From: a virus
IMG/VR virus record: IMGVR_UViG_3300020041_000065
Span: 1-6,314 of that record
Direction: 5' to 3' (one strand)
Length of the DNA stretch: 6,314 nt
Under the pieces are notes generated by a model. That model did not search any database, was not told where the DNA came from, and saw nothing but the letters and a program-made list of their open reading frames with translations. The stretch's first letter is position 1. Every line of letters begins with the position of its first letter. The translations under genes and the position numbers were made by a program. Shown in pieces: positions 1-6,096 of the stretch.

Positions 1-121
1 AGTATCTGTTGTTTTCTAATGCTCACTTTGTCGTGACCAGTGCACGTCGCACCCCTGAACAGAATAAGGCTTGTAATGGCGCTCCTAATTCTCAACATCT
101 AATAGGCGAAGCTATTGATAT
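1..121. repeat. Left copy of the 121-nt terminal redundancy (circular-genome overlap)
   Basis: Exact match to 6194-6314. It lies inside the peptidase coding sequence, so it is a wrap-around of a circle, not a biological LTR or att repeat. Confidence 0.95.
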
Positions 122-281
122 CAAGCCTTATGGCTCTACTACTTATAGTCAGTTGCTTGAATATATTCATAGTTATTCGGATAATGTTCATATATTTGAT
201 CAATTGATATTATATCCTACATTTATTCATATTTCGTTTGGCCCGCGTAATCGTCGCCAGGTGATTGATAAGAGAAAATAA
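1..281 (+). CDS. Peptidase M15 family (VanX/VanY-like, LAS-type zinc D,D- or L,D-peptidase), putative endolysin; 3' portion of a gene cut by the window start
   Basis: First complete codon is at nt 3; stop TAA at 279-281. The translation ...FVVTSARRTPEQNKACNGAPNSQHLIGEAIDI...TFIHISFGPRN carries the SxHxxGxAxD zinc-ligand signature (His codon 96-98, Asp codon 117-119) plus a distal His (228-230). The 5' end (ATG 6166) is visible in the repeat copy. Full product is 102 aa: MNYSLMHFLEYLLFSNAHFVVTSARR... Confidence 0.8.
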   Translation, partial: YLLFSNAHFVVTSARRTPEQNKACNGAPNSQHLIGEAIDIKPYGSTTYSQLLEYIHSYSDNVHIFDQLILYPTFIHISFGPRNRRQVIDKRK

Positions 282-283
282 TT

Positions 284-2104
284 ATGAAATATACGCCGGA
301 GTTACTTAAAGCTGCTGATCATTGTCAGCATCGCTCTTTCATTACCAACAGATATACAGGTAAGCGTATCGCTGTAGATTGCGGTCAATGTGACTACTGT
401 ATCCACAAGCGAGCTCAAAAGGCGTCTATGCGTGTGAAGACCGCTGGAAGTGCCTTCGAACATTGTTGGTTTGTTACGCTCACCTATGATAACGAGCACA
501 TTCCGTTGTTTAACTGCGAGGTGTACCACTCTGAATACGACGATGTTTTAAGTGACTCCGGTATTGTTTATGGTTATGAAAAACATTCGTTTATTCCGGT
601 ATCCGAGTATAGTTGCTCAGATTCATCTTTCTTGTGTCATATATTCTTTACACAAGTACAGGGTACAGTGCCTTATAACCGGAAATCATCTCAGTATGAA
701 TCGGTTAAGGATAATTGGTTTCTTTCTATGGATGCTATCCGCTCCTTTATTGCTAAGACGAAGTCCGCTACACCTTATGGTAAAGAAGGAGAGCTTTCTG
801 CTAGATACGGAGATAATCTTATCCCTTATCTGAATTATGTCGATGTTCAGAATTATATTAAACGATTACGTAAACATTTAAAAACAGCTTTAGGTTCTTA
901 TGAAACGTTACACTTCTACGCTGTGGGTGAATACGGACCAGTCCATTTCCGCCCGCATTATCATATCTTATTATTCACGAACTCGAAAGAAATCCCAAAG
1001 GTATTACGACAGTGTCATGATAAGAGTTGGAAACTCGGTCGTTCAGATTTTCAGGTTGCCCGCGGTGGAGCTGCATCGTACGTTGCGAGTTACGTTAACA
1101 GCCTTAGTTCTGCTCCCCTGTTATATAGATCATGCCGCGCGTTTAAACCCCGCCAGAGAGCGTCTCTTGGATTTTTTGAGAAAGGTGAGGTTTTTGAGGA
1201 AGGTGAAGACATCTATCATGCGATTGAACAAAAAATCGATTCTGTCATTAATGGACGAGTCTATAACTTCAACGGGATTAGTGTTAAATCAACTCCCCCC
1301 ATGTCGTATATCCGTACCTTACTCCCCCGATTCTCAAGCGCTCGCTATGACGATGCTGTTGCGATTGCTAGAATTATTCGAGCTGTTGCAAGCGCGCCAA
1401 AAAGAATGGCAAGGTTCGGTATTATAGATTATGATTCCGATTCTATCCTTTCTATTGTTCGTGCTTATTATCAGTATCTTACATTGAATCATCACCTGAC
1501 CAATGAAGACGAAATTATATTACATAACGCTCGGTGCTCTACTAGGCTCTGTAACAGTTCTTCTGATGTCGATATTGAATCTTTTCTTAATAAGTTGTAT
1601 CGGCTATTCCTTTATGTCAGTAAGTTTCTTAGGAATTGGTATCTGCCTTCCATCGGTGGCAATCTTGATTCTTATGCCAATCGTATTATGTTTATCATCA
1701 AAACCGGAATAGAATATGAAAAGAAAACAGACTATGTACGAATGTGTGATTCGTTGCGAATACAACAGACTTTGCCTTCCCCTATGCTTCGGTATTTCTA
1801 TATACCAGCCGAGGGATGCGAAATGGCGTCCATTGGTATCGGAGAAGACGGAGAATATGCAGACGGATTTATTCGTCCCATTAAAGAACAGATACACGTT
1901 CCGTTTGATGACCCCAGAATCCCATCTCTCGCGGCTTGTAATTACATCAAATCCGCGAAACCCGATACAAGAAGTTCCTATGATAGTGGGCAAAGTAGCG
2001 ACTTACAAAAATGTCTTGATTTCCGTGCTGCTACCTTCTGCCGCGATATGATTAAGCATAAAAAATTGAATGATGTAAACAATATATTTAACCGTATGGT
2101 TTAA
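284..2104 (+). CDS. VP4: Rolling-circle replication initiator protein (Microviridae VP4 / phiX174 gpA-like HUH endonuclease), 606 aa
   Basis: N-terminal CGQCDYC cysteine cluster. RCR motif I FVTLTY (nt 470-487). HUH motif II PHYHILLF (HYHILLF = nt 956-976). Double-tyrosine motif III SYVASYVNS (Tyr codons 1079-1081 and 1091-1093), close to the phiX174 gpA YVAKYVNK. T-ending codon bias throughout. The ATG lies 2 nt after the peptidase stop. Confidence 0.92.
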   Translation: MKYTPELLKAADHCQHRSFITNRYTGKRIAVDCGQCDYCIHKRAQKASMRVKTAGSAFEHCWFVTLTYDNEHIPLFNCEVYHSEYDDVLSDSGIVYGYEKHSFIPVSEYSCSDSSFLCHIFFTQVQGTVPYNRKSSQYESVKDNWFLSMDAIRSFIAKTKSATPYGKEGELSARYGDNLIPYLNYVDVQNYIKRLRKHLKTALGSYETLHFYAVGEYGPVHFRPHYHILLFTNSKEIPKVLRQCHDKSWKLGRSDFQVARGGAASYVASYVNSLSSAPLLYRSCRAFKPRQRASLGFFEKGEVFEEGEDIYHAIEQKIDSVINGRVYNFNGISVKSTPPMSYIRTLLPRFSSARYDDAVAIARIIRAVASAPKRMARFGIIDYDSDSILSIVRAYYQYLTLNHHLTNEDEIILHNARCSTRLCNSSSDVDIESFLNKLYRLFLYVSKFLRNWYLPSIGGNLDSYANRIMFIIKTGIEYEKKTDYVRMCDSLRIQQTLPSPMLRYFYIPAEGCEMASIGIGEDGEYADGFIRPIKEQIHVPFDDPRIPSLAACNYIKSAKPDTRSSYDSGQSSDLQKCLDFRAATFCRDMIKHKKLNDVNNIFNRMV

Positions 2105-2126
2105 CTTTTTTTAATTATTAACCATT

Positions 2127-3863
2127 ATGAGTGATTTTAATCCGCTAGACCGAGCGAAAGTTGCCGTGCATCGCTCTTCCTTTGACTTGTCTAGTAAAAA
2201 ATTGTTTACGGCAAAAATTGGAGAGATTCTTCCTTGTTATTGGCAGATTGCTATTCCCGGTAATAAGTACCGTATCTCTTCCGATTGGTTTACCCGTACT
2301 GTTCCCGTCAATACGGCTGCATATACCCGTATTAAAGAGTATTATGACTTTTACGCTGTGCCGTTACGCTTGATTTCTCGTGCGCTTCCGCAGGCGTTTA
2401 CTCAGATGACGGATTATATGACGTCTGCTGCTAGTAATACTGCTAACACCGAGATGTTGACTTCTGTTCCGAATACAACGTTGAGCGTGTTGTCACTAAG
2501 TCTTCAGACGATTAATGGTCAGGATATTTTCGATGATGCTGGTCTCCCTTATGTTTATGGCGCTTCTAAGGTATTGGATATGCTTGGATATGGTTCTTTC
2601 CTTGCGTCTTCGAATACTGCTAAAACTGCTATTACCGGTGCTTATCTAGGTAAGAGCTCTGTAGCAGATGCTGATAATCCTTTGGTTTACAAAGTTAGTC
2701 AGACTGTGAATCTTCTTCCGCTGTTGGCTTATCAGAAGATCTACTATGACTTCTTCTCTGAATCTCAATGGGAAAAGCACCTGGCTTATGCTTACAATGT
2801 TGACTATTGGGACGGTAAATCTCAACTGAATCTCGCTCCTGAAATGCTTCAGCTGCGTTATGCTAATTATCCGAAAGACTACTTTATGGGTATGCTTCCC
2901 GCATCTCAGTATGGTTCGGTAGCTGTTTTGTCTTCGACTGTTTCTTCTTTGCAGCCTAATGCGGTTGCTATGTCTATCGATTCTTCTCTTGCTTATCATT
3001 CTCCTATTCAGAATCCTCTTTCGTCTAATGTTGTTCAAACCTCTGTTCAGAACGGAGAAGGTGGAGTTCGTTACGCATTCCTTAACTCTGATCTTTCCGC
3101 TCTTTCAATCCGTGCAACTGAATATCTTCAGCGCTGGAAAGAAGTAGTGCAATTCTCTAGTAAGGATTATTCAGACCAGATGCGTGCTCAATTCGGTATT
3201 AAAGCCCCCGAATACATGGGAAACCATGCTCATTATATCGGAGGTTGGTCTAATGTTATCAATATCAATGAGGTTCTCAATACCAACCTTGAAGCCGCTG
3301 GTTCTCAAGCCGTGATTGCTGGTAAGGGTGTAGGTTCTAACTCTGGCCATACATTAACTTATGATTGTGGCGCTGAACATCAGGTGATTATGTGTGTTTA
3401 TCATGCAGTCCCTATGGTTGATTGGAATCTGTCTGGCCAGAATCCTCAGTTGACTGTTACGGCTATTACTGATTTCCCCCAACCTGCATTCGACCAGTTG
3501 GGTATGCAGCCTGTCCCTGCTCTGAATCTTCATAATAACCCGTCTCGTGAAGTTTCTGGTTCTCTTGGATATAATCTTCGGTACTGGCAATGGAAGACTA
3601 ATATTGATACTGTTCACGCTGCATTCCGCTCTGGCATGGCTTACCAGTCCTGGGCTGCTCCTATTGATGGCTGGGAAGTTCTCACCTCTTCTGGTTCTTG
3701 GTCATATCAGTCAATGAAAGTTCGCCCTCAGCAATTGAACTCTATCTTTGAGCCTCAGGTTTCAGGCCAGAATTGTTCCGTTGCTTACGATCAGTTGTTA
3801 TGTAATGTTAATTTCCAGGTTTATGCTGTTCAGAATTTGGATAGAAATGGTTTACCTTATTAA
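2127..3863 (+). CDS. VP1: Major capsid protein (Microviridae VP1 / phiX174 F-like), 578 aa
   Basis: The N-terminal pattern HRSSFDLSSKKLFTAKIGEILPCYWQIAIPGNKYRISSDWFTRTVPVNTAAYTRIKEYYDFYAVPLRLI follows the conserved F-protein pattern (FdLS...G.L.P....lPG..f.i....R..P......r.....FFVP.RL). Long uninterrupted ORF with strong T3 codon bias. Largest structural gene, as expected. Confidence 0.92.
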   Translation: MSDFNPLDRAKVAVHRSSFDLSSKKLFTAKIGEILPCYWQIAIPGNKYRISSDWFTRTVPVNTAAYTRIKEYYDFYAVPLRLISRALPQAFTQMTDYMTSAASNTANTEMLTSVPNTTLSVLSLSLQTINGQDIFDDAGLPYVYGASKVLDMLGYGSFLASSNTAKTAITGAYLGKSSVADADNPLVYKVSQTVNLLPLLAYQKIYYDFFSESQWEKHLAYAYNVDYWDGKSQLNLAPEMLQLRYANYPKDYFMGMLPASQYGSVAVLSSTVSSLQPNAVAMSIDSSLAYHSPIQNPLSSNVVQTSVQNGEGGVRYAFLNSDLSALSIRATEYLQRWKEVVQFSSKDYSDQMRAQFGIKAPEYMGNHAHYIGGWSNVININEVLNTNLEAAGSQAVIAGKGVGSNSGHTLTYDCGAEHQVIMCVYHAVPMVDWNLSGQNPQLTVTAITDFPQPAFDQLGMQPVPALNLHNNPSREVSGSLGYNLRYWQWKTNIDTVHAAFRSGMAYQSWAAPIDGWEVLTSSGSWSYQSMKVRPQQLNSIFEPQVSGQNCSVAYDQLLCNVNFQVYAVQNLDRNGLPY

Positions 3864-3873
3864 TGTATTGATT

Positions 3874-4317
3874 ATGAGAAGTTTTGCGTATAATAATGAG
3901 AATTTTGAAAAGAATTCGTATGTTCCTGAGCTGAAAGAGGGCAATCCGTGCTATCAGGCTTCTGTTTATGATCCGGTTATGTATGATGAGACTCCTGACG
4001 GTGATCTGGTCCAGTGTGATATGACCCAGATTCTTTTGAATCAGGAAAAGTACCGTCGTTTGCTTGGTGATATGAACGTTAATAATATCCTTGCCCAAAT
4101 GCATCCTACTCAATCTACTGTGATGGATGGTATGACGGATGATGAACGTTTTGCGTGTGTTATATCGCGTCATTGTCAGACAATGTCTGAACGTCAGGCT
4201 GTATTACAGCAATTGGCTAATGAGAAATCAGATCTTACCGCATATGCTCAAGCTATGTTGGCAGAGGAACAGGCAGCGCCGTCTACGGATTCCGCCCCTG
4301 CCGCTAGTGCACAATGA
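3874..4317 (+). CDS. Hypothetical acidic 147-aa protein; its position between VP1 and VP2 is compatible with an internal scaffolding (VP3-like) role
   Basis: First ATG after the VP1 stop, 10 nt downstream. The ORF-track extension 3748-3873 overlaps VP1 and is discounted. T3 codon bias. Acidic, with an Ala/Gln-rich C-terminus. Its stop TGA (4315-4317) overlaps ATG 4314 of the next ORF (ATGA). I recognise no diagnostic motif, so the function is a guess from synteny and size. Confidence 0.6.
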   Translation: MRSFAYNNENFEKNSYVPELKEGNPCYQASVYDPVMYDETPDGDLVQCDMTQILLNQEKYRRLLGDMNVNNILAQMHPTQSTVMDGMTDDERFACVISRHCQTMSERQAVLQQLANEKSDLTAYAQAMLAEEQAAPSTDSAPAASAQ

Positions 4318-5480
4318 GGTTTCTAGAAGTTGGAGAGAGCATGCTCTCTCCTAGAAATGAACATCATTTCCTTGGTGCTGCTATTAGTGGTATCTTCGGT
4401 ACATTGCAACAGTCTAGCGCTAATCGTGCTAATTATCGCAATACTCAGACTACTAATAAGTTTAACATGCTGGAAGCCCAGAAACAACGTGATTGGCAAG
4501 AAAAGATGGTTGATGAATCGCGAGAATATAATTCTCCTGAAGCTATGATTGCCCGTGGTTTGAATCCTTTTATGTCTGGTTCTGCTGCTCTGACTGGTGC
4601 TGGTTCAGGTTCTTCACCTTCTGGTGCTCAGGCTTCTGCTGTCAATCCTATTCCGTATCAGGCTTTTCATCCTGACTTTTCAACTGTGGATACTGCTTTG
4701 GCTTCGTTTGCTCAAGCCAAAAAGGCTCTTTCTGAAGCTGAACAGATAGAGACTCTTACCCCTTATTTGGTTAATAGGATTTTGGGTGATACTAATTATA
4801 AGAATATTGGTGTCGGTCAGTCTGGTTATTGGAATAAGGAAACAGGTCGTATTTCTGCTGAACTGGACCAATCTATGGAGCGTCAGGAATTAGAGAACGC
4901 TGTTACTGCTGGTAAGCTTTCTGCCGCTCAAACGACTCAGGTCTACCTACAGTCTGATGCTCAAGCTATTATGAATAAGTATATGGATGCCCAGCAGCAA
5001 GCAGATTTGTTTACAAAAGCCCAGTATCTTTATAACCTTGTACAACAAGGAGCTCTGACTGAGAAACAGATTCGAACTGAAATTCAACGTTCAATCCTGA
5101 TAGCTGCCCAGGCGCAAGGTCAGAAGATTAATAATAAGATAGCTGCTGGTACTGCTGATGCTCTTATAAGTGCTACTAATATGGCTTACTATACACAGTA
5201 TTATGATTCTCTTTGGGATTATAAGAACGTCAATAATCGTAAGAATATGCAATATTCTAAGGATAAGGCCTTGCGTGACTATTATAAGTGGTCTGCTGGG
5301 AATGCCAAGAAGGACTTTGAGTCTTACGGCCTTCGGAATGCAATAGATTATACATCTCGTATTTCTTCTGGTGTTGGTAATGTTATTGGATCTATGCGTC
5401 CTGGTGCCCAGATATACCGTAATGATTACGGTCCTCGTAATACTACTATATATAATGGTTCTAATGGTATTGGTTATTAG
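4314..5480 (+). CDS. VP2: Minor capsid / DNA pilot protein (Microviridae VP2, phiX174 H-like), 388 aa (379 aa if started at ATG 4341)
   Basis: The N-terminal segment NKFNMLEAQKQRDWQEKMVDESREYNSPEAMIARGLNPFM matches the conserved VP2 pattern (...W.E.M.....YNSP......GLNP). It is followed by a Gly/Ser-rich linker (GSAALTGAGSGSSPSGAQ) and a long Gln/Ala-rich helical, coiled-coil-like region typical of pilot proteins. ATG 4314 overlaps the upstream stop. The alternative ATG 4341 is preceded by GGAG (4332-4335), the only clear SD-like element in the genome. Confidence 0.85.
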   Translation: MRFLEVGESMLSPRNEHHFLGAAISGIFGTLQQSSANRANYRNTQTTNKFNMLEAQKQRDWQEKMVDESREYNSPEAMIARGLNPFMSGSAALTGAGSGSSPSGAQASAVNPIPYQAFHPDFSTVDTALASFAQAKKALSEAEQIETLTPYLVNRILGDTNYKNIGVGQSGYWNKETGRISAELDQSMERQELENAVTAGKLSAAQTTQVYLQSDAQAIMNKYMDAQQQADLFTKAQYLYNLVQQGALTEKQIRTEIQRSILIAAQAQGQKINNKIAAGTADALISATNMAYYTQYYDSLWDYKNVNNRKNMQYSKDKALRDYYKWSAGNAKKDFESYGLRNAIDYTSRISSGVGNVIGSMRPGAQIYRNDYGPRNTTIYNGSNGIGY

Positions 5481-5507
5481 CTGTTAGTACATACTTCAGG
5501 ACTAAAA

Positions 5508-5554
5508 GCCCATCGCGGCGTTTGAGCGATATACACCCGCCGCCCGCGTAGGGC
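5508..5554 (+). other. Stem-loop A: imperfect inverted repeat GCCCATCGCGG / CCGCGTAGGGC
   Basis: 5508-5518 GCCCATCGCGG pairs with 5544-5554 CCGCGTAGGGC (4 bp + 2-nt internal mismatch + 5 bp) around a 25-nt loop. An alternative inner stem is GCGGCG (5515-5520) with CGCCGC (5538-5543). Confidence 0.55.
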
Positions 5555-5566
5555 CTGATCGAAAAA

Positions 5567-5613
5567 CGGAGCGGAGCGACTTCTTTATAGGAGCGCCCCG
5601 CTCCGGTATTTTA
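5567..5613 (+). terminator. Stem-loop B followed by a T-rich tract: candidate intrinsic terminator downstream of VP2
   Basis: CGGAGCGG (5567-5574) pairs with CCGCTCCG (5598-5605). An alternative tight hairpin is GGAGCG-CCC-CGCTCC (5590-5604). It is followed by GTATTTTA (5606-5613). GGAGCG occurs three times (5568, 5573, 5590). It lies about 90 nt after the VP2 stop on the coding strand. Confidence 0.4.
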
Positions 5614-5629
5614 GCGCAGCGCGCGCAAA

Positions 5630-5652
5630 GGCAAGACAGTTCCTGCCTTGCC
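5630..5652 (+). other. Stem-loop C: GGCAAGACAG-TTC-CTGCCTTGCC
   Basis: 10-bp stem with a single A/C mismatch (5630-5639 versus 5643-5652) and a 3-nt loop. It is preceded by a (GC)4 self-complementary run at 5619-5626. Confidence 0.55.
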
Positions 5653-5818
5653 GTGCCTATACACCTCTGTATACATCCACTTGTTAATTAAGCGAAGCCC
5701 CTAGTTGTGTGCGAAAGCAAATTCGAGTTATCCTCTCGAATTCTCCTGTCTCTTGTCTATAAACGCACAACTCACACCCAACTGTAGAATCTTAATTCTC
5801 AAAAAAAACTCCAAATTA

Positions 5819-5850
5819 TTTGTTTTTCTGAAAAATACTTCTTTCCTTTG
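5819..5850 (+). promoter_or_regulatory. Candidate Bacteroidota-type promoter (-33 TTTG / -7 TAnnTTTG-like)
   Basis: TTTG at 5819-5822, then a 20-nt spacer, then TTCCTTTG at 5843-5850 (one mismatch to TAnnTTTG). It ends about 50 nt upstream of ATG 5902, in the AT-rich half of the intergenic region. A motif-level match only. Confidence 0.25.
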
Positions 5851-5901
5851 TCCCTGTAGAAACCAACTCATTAAATTATTAACATTTAAAATCTTACAAT
5901 T

Positions 5902-6096
5902 ATGCAGAAATTTATTATTTCGCTTAAAGAAAAACAAACTGGTCGTGATGTTATGCCGCCTTATATTGTCAATTCTCTGGATGGTCTTGGAGATTATTCT
6001 GAGCGAGTTTCTCCGTTGGGTCTTATTGTTATTGTGGATTCAATTAAAGAAGAAAATAATTTCGTTGAACTTAAAGCTCAAAGTGATGAAAAGTAA
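5902..6096 (+). CDS. Hypothetical 64-aa protein, first gene after the intergenic region
   Basis: ATG-initiated. The pronounced T-ending codon usage (ggt cgt gat gtt ... cct tat att gtc aat tct ctg gat ggt ctt) matches the recognised genes. Slightly acidic, no TM segment, and no motif I recognise. Confidence 0.6.
   Translation: MQKFIISLKEKQTGRDVMPPYIVNSLDGLGDYSERVSPLGLIVIVDSIKEENNFVELKAQSDEK

Larger units (their letters stand above)
5481..5901. promoter_or_regulatory. Only long non-coding region of the genome (421 nt): a GC-rich structured part (about 5508-5655) followed by an AT-rich part (about 5656-5901)
   Basis: No ATG-initiated ORF with the genome's T3 codon bias. My hand count gives 91 G+C in 150 nt (61%) for 5511-5660, versus 17 of 60 (28%) for 5821-5880. 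All other gene junctions are 10 nt or less, except 22 nt between VP4 and VP1. Confidence 0.8.

Noticed and set aside
2646-3038. Strikingly Arg-rich 130-aa minus-strand ORF (MNNIRRKRILNRRMISKRRIDRHSNRIRLQRRNSRRQNS...) that might look like a J-like DNA-binding protein
   Set aside because: It is antisense to VP1. Abundant tct/cgt/ctt-type codons in VP1 read as aga/acg/aag (Arg/Thr/Lys) on the opposite strand, so the basic composition is a compositional mirror image. It is also on the wrong strand for a microvirus gene.
3748-3873. N-terminal extension of the 147-aa ORF back to 3748 (189-aa version in the ORF track)
   Set aside because: The extension overlaps the 3' end of VP1 in its +1 frame and translates to compositional hydrophobic sequence. 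ATG 3874, just after the VP1 stop, is the parsimonious start.
552-4548. Other same-strand overlapping ORFs (552..833, 1716..2051, 2161..2373, 2959..3147, 4139..4354, 4330..4548)
   Set aside because: All are in the +1 frame of a recognised gene, where T-rich third positions become second positions. This suppresses stop codons and produces hydrophobic, low-complexity translations. There is no independent coding signal or motif.
5505-5660. Possible tRNA or tRNA-fragment (attP-like) in the GC-rich island, for example GATCGAAAA resembling a T-loop
   Set aside because: No cloverleaf can be drawn. No 5-bp T-stem flanks the GATCGAA segment, and there is no acceptor-stem complementarity or anticodon arm.
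5530-5665. 8-nt direct repeat TATACACC (5530-5537 and 5658-5665) bracketing most of the GC island, which could suggest target-site duplication of an inserted element
   Set aside because: A single 8-mer repeat within about 150 nt has a non-trivial chance probability (roughly 0.1-0.2 by my estimate). There are no terminal inverted repeats just inside the copies. The first copy sits inside the loop of stem-loop A rather than at a compositional boundary.
302-5937. Minus-strand ORFs from the track (302..529, 1604..1993, 2646..3038, 3354..3617, 3808..4173, 4680..4871, 5728..5937)
   Set aside because: All lie antisense to well-supported + strand genes or to the non-coding spacer. Microviridae express genes from one strand only. 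None carries a recognisable motif, so they are best explained as antisense shadows of codon-biased genes.
5705-5947. Upstream part of the 154-aa frame-2 ORF starting at TTG 5705
   Set aside because: No ATG start. The codon third positions in 5705-5900 are A/C-rich rather than T-rich, unlike every credible gene here. The region looks like AT-rich promoter/spacer DNA, so it is open by chance.
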